64,000 bases of DNA from an uncultured virus (IMG/VR IMGVR_UViG_3300046096_000178) (lineage: Duplodnaviria; Heunggongvirae; Uroviricota; Caudoviricetes): IMG/VR virus record IMGVR_UViG_3300046096_000178. The stretch is one strand, 5' to 3'. Positions 18,187 through 28,700 of this stretch are shown here, one piece after another. Every line of letters begins with the position of its first letter. Position 1 is the first letter of the stretch. A program made the translations under genes and the position numbers. Below the pieces are notes generated by a model that was given only the letters and a program-made list of their open reading frames with translations, was not told the DNA's origin and did not search any database.

Positions 18187-18675
18187 ATGGCACTAACACG
18201 CACCACCGCAGACGAAGTTCGAGCAGTCCTTGGAGTTTCCGACGAGGAGCTAGAGGACCTCACGCTTGACTTAAAGGTCTTCACTGACCAGCTCGAACTT
18301 GAGTTGTCGGACATAGATTCAACCCTTCCAGCGCTCTTGGACTCCATTCTCGCTACGCCTGTGCTGTCCCGCACCGCAGCGCAGACCAAGGTGTTCACAA
18401 TCGCAAACCTGTTTTCAGCTTACGCTTATGGCAGGATACTGCTCACAAGCCTACCCTTGTTCAGCCCCAAGAAGGTCACCGACGGACGTGCAGAGTTCGA
18501 GCGCTTTGCCGACCCATTCGAGGCAGTTCGCAATGGCGTTAATGCCGGCTACGTGAGCATCCGGGCCCGCTTGCAGGCTGCCCTAACCTTGTTGAGCGGC
18601 TACACGCCTCCAGCAGCCATTACCCCGATTTTCACTATAGCCGCACCCTTGGCTGTAGACCCGGTGACAGCATGA
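18187..18675 (+). CDS. Head-tail adaptor
   Basis: TTADEVRAVLG N-terminus, helical, first gene after the capsid operon. Confidence 0.65.
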   Translation: MALTRTTADEVRAVLGVSDEELEDLTLDLKVFTDQLELELSDIDSTLPALLDSILATPVLSRTAAQTKVFTIANLFSAYAYGRILLTSLPLFSPKKVTDGRAEFERFADPFEAVRNGVNAGYVSIRARLQAALTLLSGYTPPAAITPIFTIAAPLAVDPVTA

Positions 18676-19505
18676 AGCTAAAGACCGTAGCCCGAAAATT
18701 CGATACATGTCCGGTCTACGACGCGTACAGCAATGCGCTGCTGTTCAAGGCCCAAGTATCCACCTTCCTAGAAGCTTCTCCCGACGGTAGCACTGCTAAA
18801 CGTCGGGTGTTGAGCATCGACCCGGCCATCACCCCACCCACGCATTCCGCAATCAATATCCTGAATGAGATGTGGGTGGTTGGTGATGGGATACTGGACG
18901 AGTGGCGCGGCGGAGCAATCCGCGCCTCGCACTGGATGAAGGCAAGCAGCGGACTATTCAACCTTGTGACACCTGGCCAAGCATGCTTAAGTACAGCAGT
19001 CACCGCGCAGCACGGTCAGCGGGACTACCTGAAGGACACTGTAAACGGAGTCACTGACGCCCAGTATGACCCGTTCTGGCTATTCCATTTCAGCAAGAAC
19101 GCAGTCATTGCAAAAGGCACCATCATCAAGCAAGGCCCAGCCCTCTACCGAGTGCGCACCGTCCACCTGTCCTTGGAGGGGTTCAAGACCGCCCAGTGCG
19201 ACGAAATTGACTACGGCGTAATTTCTTCCACATTCACCAGCACCGGCGTGTACAATCCCGTGCTCGACACTTACAGCGCAGCCAGCGTGACAGTGCCGTC
19301 AATCCTCTTGGGCTATTACAAGGTCTATGAGTTTCGTACGCAAGCGAGCCCAAGCAACTTGGCAGGTGACATGGCGTTGGTTGTTGCTAAATCGTCAGTT
19401 AGCCCAGTAGTCGGTCAAAACGTAGTGGTGAATTCTGAGAGTTGGAGAATTGTCGCCATAGTCTCTGACCAAGATGCTTGGAGCCTGCACATCCGTCGAG
19501 GTTGA
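18672..19505 (+). CDS. Head closure/stopper-like protein
   Basis: Position; C-terminal P.VG..V.VN.ESWRIV.I.....W.LHIRR stopper-like pattern. Confidence 0.55.
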   Translation: MKLKTVARKFDTCPVYDAYSNALLFKAQVSTFLEASPDGSTAKRRVLSIDPAITPPTHSAINILNEMWVVGDGILDEWRGGAIRASHWMKASSGLFNLVTPGQACLSTAVTAQHGQRDYLKDTVNGVTDAQYDPFWLFHFSKNAVIAKGTIIKQGPALYRVRTVHLSLEGFKTAQCDEIDYGVISSTFTSTGVYNPVLDTYSAASVTVPSILLGYYKVYEFRTQASPSNLAGDMALVVAKSSVSPVVGQNVVVNSESWRIVAIVSDQDAWSLHIRRG

Positions 19506-19507
19506 GC

Positions 19508-20038
19508 ATGGCTGCAATTCAGGTAAAGAACTTAAACTCGTTTCTGAAAAAGACAAAAGCTCAGAGAGCTCTTATCAAGGGCTCAGCCACCGACTTCGTA
19601 AAGAAGAAGGTAACTCAAATTCTAAAAACAGTTCTGAAAGAGTCTCCACAATATTCGGGAGACTTCGTATCTAACTGGCAAGTTGTAACCTCAAACAACC
19701 CGCACACAGGCTACACCAAGGACTGGTACAAGAATTTGCTCGATACTGAGTATCAGAACATGGACATCAAGGGCTCGAAGCAGATTAAGTCTTACTATGA
19801 CAAAGTGCGTTACGCGGGGCACCCAGAGGCAATTCAGGAACCCTTGGCAAGTGGACTAGCCGTTATCAGCACGATAAAGTATAACACCAAGGTTACACTT
19901 GTCAACTCCTCCCCAATTTCCGGCAGCATCAAGACCGGAGACATGGACCCCAATTACAGGCCTGTTCACAGGCATTTAGAGAATCGTGCTTTTGTAGACT
20001 ACATCATACAGAAGTACAAATACAACTGGATTAAGTGA
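19508..20038 (+). CDS. Tail completion/neck protein (HK97 gp10-like)
   Basis: Basic N-terminal helix and SPQYSGDFVSNW (P..SG..R.W-type) motif; likely start ATG 19508. Confidence 0.6.
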   Translation: MAAIQVKNLNSFLKKTKAQRALIKGSATDFVKKKVTQILKTVLKESPQYSGDFVSNWQVVTSNNPHTGYTKDWYKNLLDTEYQNMDIKGSKQIKSYYDKVRYAGHPEAIQEPLASGLAVISTIKYNTKVTLVNSSPISGSIKTGDMDPNYRPVHRHLENRAFVDYIIQKYKYNWIK

Positions 20039-20451
20039 TGGCTACACTCGAACAACACCGTCAAAGTATAGTTACTGCTGTAGAAGCGGCCAAGACCAGC
20101 TTTACAGACTACCCACTTGTGATTGAGTACGACAACAGAATCATTGTCGATACCTCCACACAGCTTGACCCATTCTTGGTGGTGAACATCCGATTCTTGG
20201 ACGGCGCACAAGCTGACTTGAGCACGAACCCAATTCACCGCAAGATTGGCCAGATTCACCTTCAAGCCGCCGTCAAGGAGGGCTCAGGCACAGCCAAGGC
20301 CTACACCTTGATTGAGCACTTCTACCAAGCCCTGCAACAGTCGCAGTTTGGCGGCGTACGCACCCGCATGGCATCCTTTGCCAGAGAGCAGCCGTTCAAG
20401 GGTTGGGTCTACTATCCTGCGCTGGTTCCGTTCTGGACAGATGACAACTAG
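20038..20451 (+). CDS. Tail terminator protein
   Basis: Size, position before the tail tube, IEYDN...G.GT pattern. Confidence 0.65.
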   Translation: MATLEQHRQSIVTAVEAAKTSFTDYPLVIEYDNRIIVDTSTQLDPFLVVNIRFLDGAQADLSTNPIHRKIGQIHLQAAVKEGSGTAKAYTLIEHFYQALQQSQFGGVRTRMASFAREQPFKGWVYYPALVPFWTDDN

Positions 20452-20559
20452 CCGGGTGTCGTCAGTCAGGTACTGACAGGAGTGGCACACTCAGGTGCCA
20501 ACGATACACGGGCTCCAGATAAAGAGGCAAACTTCAGCATCTTTTACTAGGAGTCCAAT

Positions 20560-21774
20560 ATGCCTCTCGCAAGTTCCAGTGCTGTACAAGTACGCTATAT
20601 CCCCGAAGCCACCTTCGGCGTAACCCCTGTTGCGGGTAACCCTCTCGAAGTCCGTATTACCGGCGAGAGCCTGAACTACGACATCACCAAGGCGATGTCT
20701 ACCGAAATCAACTCCACTCGCACCATCTCTTCGATGATTCCCACAGGCGCTAAAGCCTCTGGCGACCTCAACGGCGAAATGCAGTACCGCGAGTATGACC
20801 GCTTCATGGAGTCCACACTGCAAAGCACCTTCGCGGTGTACGGTACTGCTGGTGTTGGTACAACCTTCACTGCGGACTTCACTGCAACGACCATCACTGC
20901 GTCCGTGGCCCCAACCACAACCAGCGCCTTCACAAACTTGAAGCGCGGTCAGTGGTTCCGTTTGACTACAGGTGGCGCCAACAACGGTAAGTTGTTCCGT
21001 GTCAGCTCTACCGTGGCCCCCACCTCCACGGTCATCACCTTGGATGCTGGAACCCCTGCGACTGTCGGCACCTCTGTAGCTACTTGCTCCGTGCAGACCC
21101 GTCGCTTGAGCCATGGCATTACCCAGACTTCTTATACCATTGAGAAGAACATGACTGACGTGGGCGTGTTTGAGGCTTTCACCGGTATGACACCTAGCAA
21201 GATGGCTATCTCCATCCAGTCTGGAAACCTGTCTACCATCAACTTCTCGTTCATGGGTAAGGCTGCTGCAATGACCACAGCGACTGCTCTGCCCGGAACC
21301 CCTACGGCGAGCTATTCGTTTGACATCCAGTCCGGCGTGACCGGCAGCTCCTGCCAGGTGTGGGAAGGCGGCACACCCCTGTCTAGCACCTTCGTCAAGT
21401 CCTTGAGCTTGGATTACGACAACGCCCTGCGCGAGCAAGATGCCCTTTGCACTTTGGGCAGTGTCGGTATCGGTAGCGGCACCATCTCTTTGACCGGCTC
21501 CATGTCCATCTACTTCGCTGACAAGACCTTGTTCGACAAGTTTGTGGCTAACACCAACACGTCGTTGGCGTTCTCTACCATGGACGGTGCAGGTAATGGC
21601 TACGTGTTCTCCTTGCCTGTGGTCAACATCTCTTCCTACCAGATTACCGCTGGCGGCAAGGATGCTGACATGATGGCTGACGTACAGTTCACAGCTCTAC
21701 GTGATGCTGCTAATGCAGACGCTACCCTGCAGAAGGTTGTGTTTATCGACGCTTTTGGCACGGCGGCACTCTAA
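20560..21774 (+). CDS. Major tail tube protein
   Basis: VRYIPEATFGVTP, ITGESL, SYTIEK, F.GM motifs typical of sipho tail tubes; AGGAG RBS. Confidence 0.85.
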   Translation: MPLASSSAVQVRYIPEATFGVTPVAGNPLEVRITGESLNYDITKAMSTEINSTRTISSMIPTGAKASGDLNGEMQYREYDRFMESTLQSTFAVYGTAGVGTTFTADFTATTITASVAPTTTSAFTNLKRGQWFRLTTGGANNGKLFRVSSTVAPTSTVITLDAGTPATVGTSVATCSVQTRRLSHGITQTSYTIEKNMTDVGVFEAFTGMTPSKMAISIQSGNLSTINFSFMGKAAAMTTATALPGTPTASYSFDIQSGVTGSSCQVWEGGTPLSSTFVKSLSLDYDNALREQDALCTLGSVGIGSGTISLTGSMSIYFADKTLFDKFVANTNTSLAFSTMDGAGNGYVFSLPVVNISSYQITAGGKDADMMADVQFTALRDAANADATLQKVVFIDAFGTAAL

Positions 21775-21807
21775 ATTTCGTGGTGGGTTGGGTGGTACCA
21801 ACCTTTT

Positions 21808-21840
21808 GGCTCCGGGAAAGAAATTTCTCGGAGCCTTTTT
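21808..21840 (+). terminator. Intrinsic terminator after the tail tube gene
   Basis: GGCTCCGGGAAA-GAAA-TTTCTCGGAGCC-TTTTT. Confidence 0.8.
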
Positions 21841-21894
21841 GATTTGCGATATACTCTGCACCGGAATCAACCAACCACCACCACAAGGAATCCT

Positions 21895-22296
21895 ATGTTA
21901 GATATTTTTTCCACTTTCGCTGTCGATGAAAAAGCTGAACAAGAAGGCCGCTGGGTCGAGTACGGCAACGGCGTCAGCTTCTTGGTCGCTCGTGCTGGCA
22001 ACGCTAAGTACAACCGCCTCTTGGCCAGCATGTACAAGCGCAACAAGGTCGCTTTGGAGTCCAAGGGCGAAGCTGCTGAAGCCCTCAACGAGAGCCTGAT
22101 GGGCGAAGTTATGGCCAAGACTATCCTCTTGGGCTGGAAGGGTCACGTTGCCATCAAGGGCGAGAAGTTGGACTACAGCACCGAGAATGCAAAGCGCTTG
22201 CTGGCCATCAAGGACTTCCGCCGCTACATCTCGTCCGTGAGCGAGGACTTTGAATCCTTCAAAGCTGAGCAAGAGGCCGAAGACGCAAAAAACTAG
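21895..22296 (+). CDS. Tail assembly chaperone (G-like)
   Basis: AAGGA RBS, ATG 21895; ILLGWKG...YS.ENAKRLL pattern; ends at a slippery site. Confidence 0.85.
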   Translation: MLDIFSTFAVDEKAEQEGRWVEYGNGVSFLVARAGNAKYNRLLASMYKRNKVALESKGEAAEALNESLMGEVMAKTILLGWKGHVAIKGEKLDYSTENAKRLLAIKDFRRYISSVSEDFESFKAEQEAEDAKN

Positions 22297-22616
22297 AAGA
22301 GTGCCTAATCTGGGAACTTGAGTGGGCACCGTCTCTGACAGAGCTGCTCAAGTTTGAAGAAGATTCAGGCATTCGCCCTGCAGCACTTGCCCGACGACCG
22401 ACAATCCAGAAACACCTACAGCACACTATGCAGGTATTCTGGGAGTTGTCAGAGATGAGGCAGGCGGCGATGGCAGGAGTCAACCGGCTCACCTTGGTTG
22501 AATTCAATGCTTACTGCCAGCACCACCGCATAGGATTTTGGGATGCCCAAGACCTGTGGTGGGGGGTTCAGGTACTCGATAGGGCCTACAAAGCCTTCAA
22601 AGCCGATAAGAAGTGA
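22287..22616 (+). other. Programmed -1 frameshift (A AAA AAC) giving a G-T fusion ending at 22616
   Basis: The -1 frame is open from the heptamer (LEECLIWELEW...FWELSEMR...) to TGA 22616. Confidence 0.8.
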
Positions 22617-22713
22617 AGAAAAGCCAGCCTCAGTGCTGGCTTTGTCGTTTTTGTCGCTACTGAATGACGATGGCAGCGAGTAAAATCGGGGCCATACACA
22701 CGAGGGTAGCAGT

Positions 22714-25700
22714 ATGAGCGAAGGCAGCGACGATAACATCCTAAAACTAAGCGTCCAAATCCCAAATAAGGACTTGGACGCGTTAGACCGGTTGAACGAG
22801 GGCATAGCAAAAACGGGCACCAACGCCACCAAAGCCGCCACTGCCCTAAAGACTGCTGCCCCTGCCGGCGTGGATTTCGCACAGGCTTTCGCCTCTCCAA
22901 GCGCCACAAAAAATATTAAAGCGCAGGAAGAGGCTTTTGGAACTTTTATAAAGTCGGCAGCAGATTACGACTCTAAAGTTGAGAAGCTTGGTAAAGCCTC
23001 TAAGACAAGCTTGGGCCGGATGGCTGAGGCGATGAAGTCCGTAGAGAAGACTGGTATCGCCGGGACGTTCAAGCAGGCGCAAGAGCAGATGCGCCAAGAG
23101 CTAATTAGCGGAGAGAAGACAAACCTGAACTTGGTTCGGGCGCAGACCAGCGAAATCCAGAACGCTTACGAGCACCGACTGGCCAAGATGGGGCAGTTGC
23201 AGGGTTCGGAACTGGAGGCTTGGCGCACCCAAGGCGCTCGCCTGGGGGGGTTTCAGGCCTCACAGTTGACGGAGTTCAAGCGCTCCGAGAGCATCAAGCG
23301 CCAAGCCGAGCGGGAGGCGCTTGCTGCCCGACGCAGAAGCATGTCTGAAGCCGAGCGAGACATGGCGTTGAACGTCAAGTACGCGACCGACGCTAATACG
23401 GCCTTGCAGCAGATTAGCGAAAAAGGCTCCAGCCGCATGTTGGCCAATATCCAAAAGCGCTCTGAGAGTATCAGGCGCATGCTGGAAAGTGGGTCTGCCG
23501 ATGCCGAGAAGCTGGCCACCAAGAAGTACGGCTCAGACTTCGTGGGCACCGTTCGCCAAGGCCTACAAGGCAGTGGGCAGGTATTGGCCAAGCATGATGA
23601 GACACGGATAGCCTTAATTGGGGAGATGGCGAACAAAGAGGCCGAGGCCATAAAACTGGCTGCCAAGAAGGTAGAGGCGGCCCGGCTTGAGGCTGCTGCC
23701 AAAGCCCGTACAGCAAACATCGGCACCACCGGCCAACGCCTCGCAGGCAACGAAGTCGTCGGCTCCTACACACCGTACAACGCACTGCGGGCCCAGCCGA
23801 TTAAGGCTATTTCTGAGCAGGTGCCAGCACTGCCGATGACCTCTCATGCCAAGGAAGCCGACGAACTGGCTAAGAAATTCGACCGACTGTCAATTTCAGG
23901 AAACAACCTGCACTCCAGTGTCAGGGGTTTGGCCTCCGGCTTCGGAGCCTTGTGGCTGACTTGGGGCAACACACTGCCGTTGCTCGCCGGCGCGGCGGTG
24001 TCGTTCAGCTTGACAGGTGCCATAAAGTCTGGCAAAGAGTTTGAGTCTACCCTCTTCAATATTTCCGAAGTGGCGGGCACCTCTGCAGCCGATATGGCCA
24101 TCCTGCGTGACCGCCTGCTTGAGATTGGAAACAAGGGTATGTACGGCCCACTGGAAGCCGCGAAAGGTCTAGAAGTTCTATCCCTGGCCGGCCTTAACGC
24201 GAAAGACGCCATGGCGGCCCTTGAGCCTACGATGCGGTTCGCGTCCGCTGGCGGCGTCAACATGCAAAAAGCGGCTGAAGTGACAGTGGCCGTCGGGCAG
24301 GCATACGGGTTTACTGCTCAGCAGTATGAGACCTTGCAGGACATCATCACGAAGACGGCTTCTGATAGTATTGCTTCTGTGTCTGACATGGCAGAAGCCT
24401 TCAAGACTGCCTCAGTCGTAGCACAGCACTTCAACCTGTCATTGGCTGATACAGCGGAAGGCTTGGGCTCACTTGCTCAAATCGGTATTACAGGTTCTGC
24501 CGCAGGAACCAGCTACCGAAACTTCTATACCGAAATAAGTAAGAGCAGCGGAAAAGTTGCAGAAACACTTAAAGCTCTAAAGGTGAATATACGGGAAGTA
24601 AACGGTGAGGCAGCAGGCGAGCTGAAGCCGACCATCGAAATCTTCCGCGAGCTGACTCTTGCCACAGTCAACAAAACCAAAGCAGCTCAGGACAGCTACT
24701 TTGCTGGCCTGTCCAACGAGAGGGGCGCAAAGACTTTTGCTGCGGCCCAAGCTAAAGCGCTTGAGACTGTGAAGGGCATGGCCGGTGAGCACCTCAAGGA
24801 GGCTGATGCTCTGGAGGCTAAAGGAAAGAAGGCCGAAGCTGCTGCAATTCGCATCAAAGCTGTGAACGAGGCTTTCGATGTTATGGCAGCCAAGAGCAAA
24901 GAAGCAACGGAGAACGCAGCGGGCAAGAACTTCATCATCGCTGCTGAGAAACGCCTCACACCACAAGGCTCAGTAGACGCCTTGAAAGCAGCCCTCGAAA
25001 CCGGGCTCGTCGGAGCCTTCACCACAGCCTCGGACTCCTTGATGGTGTTCGCTGACCGGCTGCACCAGACCTCCAGCAGCCCAGAGTTTCAAAAAGGCTT
25101 GGCAGACATGGTGAAGGGCACTGTGGACTTAGGGATGGCACTCGTAGAGGGTACCAAGTTCTTGTGGGAGCACAAAGAGGCCGTTCTTGGCCTGTCTGCA
25201 GCTTACGTCCTTTTCGGAAAAGAGGCCTTGGCTGTGGTGCTGACCGGGTTCGTAGCTGTACGGGCAGCAACCGCAGCGTTTATGGCCGAAGTTGCTGTGG
25301 GGACAGCTGTGATGGCGGCCCTACGTTCCAGCATCGCTGGTGTGGTTATGTCCTTGGAGCTTATGGTTCCTGGAATACTGGCTGCCGGCTCAGCACTGGT
25401 CACTGGGGCGCTTGTGGCAGGCTTGGCCGCCATCACCTTGGGTGTGATTGCCGCCACTGCCGCCGTCGGCGCTCTGGCTGTCAAGTGGATTTTTGCTGGT
25501 GAGAGCGCTCAGGAAGCGCTGGAAAAGCAAGACGCCAAGACTCTAAAGGGTCTGCAGGAATCGTCCGCTGCCATCAAAGCGAAGATGAACCTGTTTAATG
25601 AGAGCCTGACCAGTGAACTGGCTGCCTCTGAGTCTGCCTTGAAGGCTCGTAAAGAGGGCCTGACTGCAGGTGAAGCAGCCGACAAGGCCTACGGCGAGGC

Positions 25701-28700
25701 CGCCGTGCGCCGTGTTGACGAATACTACCGCCAACTGGCGGGCATTGAGCGCCTGTTGGCTGCTGAGTCCGAGCTGTATTTCGTAAGAAACAATATGTAC
25801 GACCCAGAAATGGCTCGTGCTACAGCTCAAGCTGAGATGGAGTCTAGGTTGGTAAAGATAGAGAAAGATAGGCACCAAGCGATATACAAGACCATCACAG
25901 ACACAAACAGATTATTCCAGATTAAGAAGCAGATAGCCGCCCTCGATTTAGCACAGTCAAAAACTAGGCGTCGTGGAATACAAGGCTCGGAAGGTGACAT
26001 CTTTGACGGTGAAGGCGGTAAGAAGCGCAAAGCCCTCACCCCCCTAGACCTGAACCAAGACAACACCTTGGCAGAGCTTGCCAAGCGCAACACCACAGCC
26101 GTAAACCTGATGGACAAGCTGGAGTCGGATAAGCTGGCAATCCTGAAGGTTAAGCGGGAAGCTGAGATGATTACCGAGGGCCAGTATTTTGCTGAACTCT
26201 TGTCTATGACTCGTGCATTTTCTGATGAGAAGACCGCACTGCTTGAATTGGATGCTAAGACTTACTCTGAAGCTTACGCTGCAGGAATTCTGAACATTAT
26301 AGACGCCACAGACAAGTGGAAGAAGTCCAACCCACAAGCCACTCCAGAAGAGGTTTCCAAAGCAGTCAAGGATATGGAAACTAAGATTTCCAGCGCCCAA
26401 AACTCTGCCGAATCCTTCTTTGAGAAAATCTCTGCAGAAAAAGCCAAAGCAGCCAGCGCCACCTTCCGCTTGGTAGAGACTGAAATCATCAAAGTGGGCA
26501 AGGCCCTGCACGACCTCAAGAAGACCTCCCAAGAATTCTGGGATGCACAGGACAAGGCCCAAGTTAAGGCCGCCGCCGCCGCCGCACTTGACGAATCCTT
26601 GCGCTACGCTGACCCATCTTACGCTGCAGGTGTGCGGGCCTCCGCCGCCGCGCAGGAAGCGCTGAACGACCAGTACGACAAGTTGGTGCCGAACCTAAAG
26701 GCTGCACAAGAGAACTTGGACGCCCTGATTTCGTCTCAAATGGACAGCGGTGTGCCAATCACCGCCGCCACAGACCTGATGGACAAGTACAACGCCCAAA
26801 TCTTGGCACTTCGCACAGAGATGGACCAGCTAAAAGGCGAGAAGGGAGCAGGAATCAAAGAGCGGGCTGCCGCAACCGCCAAGACTATTTTGGCCAACTC
26901 CGAGCGCGAGAAGCTGGCAGGTTCTCTGGCTGACGCTGTAATCGACGGGCTGACCGTGGGCGGTGACCAGAGCGCCAAGAACCTGAAGAAGGTCTTGGAG
27001 GACGAATTGAGCAAGCCCATCAAGGTCAACATGCAGGCCATGTTCAGCTCCGTGATGGGCGGCACCGCGTTCGGCGGCACAGGTACTTTGGGTGGCTTAG
27101 GTGGGCCAGGCTCTAGCATCCTGAGCAACCTGAGCAGCCTGTACGACAAGTTGACCGGCGGCCTGAACGTCGGCGCGAATGTCGGTCAATTCTTGGTGGA
27201 TAAGACTGGCGCAGGCCCCATCGGAAGCCTTTTGGGTGAGTTCGGCTCAGGCATGACCAACACAGCCACCATGCAGTCTGCCAGCATGGCAGCCCAAGCT
27301 GGCGGTGCTCAGTTGGCCGGCGTGATTGCTGGTTCCGTGCTCAACGGTGTGAGCGGTTACGGCATCAGCAAGGCGCTCTCGGGCGGTTTCAAGGTTGATG
27401 GCCTCGATGTAGACGCCATCGCAGGCATCGCCAGCATGATTCCAGGCATCGGCCCAGTAGCCGGTGTTATCGGAGGCCTCGTCAACCGAGCCTTCGGCTA
27501 CGGCTCGACGGAAGTGCGCGAGCAGGGCACAAGGGGAACCTTCAACTCCTCCGGCTTCAGTGGCCAGAACTACGCCAACATGCACCAGCAAGGCGGCTGG
27601 TTCACCAGTGACCGCAACTGGACCGAAACTTCTGCTATCGACGCAGCCGTCGCCAAGCGCTGGACCGATGCTTTTGTGGGCGTGAAGTCTGCGGCATCCG
27701 ACTCTGCCAAGGCTCTTGGTCTGTCCGCATACTCCATTGACAGCTACAGCAAGAGTATCGACATCGCCGCTGGTGCCACATCAGACACCATTCTTGCTAT
27801 TTTCTCCGGTATGGCCGACGAGCTGGCCGTCAGGCTGGTACCGAACATTGCTGGCTTCGCGGTAGAGGGCGAAGCAGCCCGTGACACCTTGGCCCGCTTG
27901 GCCTCCAGCCTGACAGCGGTGAACACTTGGCTGACTGCCACCCATACTTCACTCTACGCTGTAAGCGTGTCCGGCGCTGTGGCTGCTGCTGAACTCCTGA
28001 AGGCTCACGGAGGCTTGGAGAAGTTTGCATCCGTCAGCCAAGCGTTCTACGACACCTATTACTCCAACGGCGAGAAGGTTGCCGACAGCCAAACCAAGAT
28101 GCGTAAAGCCTTGGTCCTTCTGGGGTACGCACTACCAGCGACTAACGAAGGGTTCCGAGCCTTAGTTGAAGGTCTAGACCTGAACACCGAGGCAGGTCGC
28201 AACGCCCATGCCGTGCTGCTGAACTTGGCACCGGAATTTGCAACGACAACTGCTGCCATGAAGACCTTGGCCGAGGAAACCGCAAAGGCTGCGACTGACG
28301 CTGCTGAGGCTATTCTGAAATCTGTCACAGGCAGTCAATTCGGTGTGGTGGCCTCCCTTGGGATGGTTACTTCCGGCTTGAGCCTGCTGTCCAGCACGGC
28401 CACCAATCCGACAGTGAGTTCGCTGGCCGCCGCCACAGCCGCCTCTGCCGCCATGTCTAACGAGTTGCTGTTCATGAACTCCATCATGGGCACTAGCACT
28501 AGCAGCGTTCTGGCTTTTGATACTCGCGTCAGGCCTATGAGGCAGAACCTGATAGCGGCTCAAACAGCTGCTGCAGGCCTGCAGCAGCAGATTTACGACC
28601 TGTCAATCGCTGCGGATTCAGCCAACGTGGACTTCACCAAACTAGCTGCGGTCCTAGCAAACGTAGACACCGCCACGTTCACCACTACTGTTACCAAGGT

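Noticed and set aside
16215..21438. Long minus-strand ORFs (16215..17144, 20491..21438, also 61606..62301)
   Set aside because: Antisense shadows of codon-biased structural genes, with no RBS or recognisable motifs.
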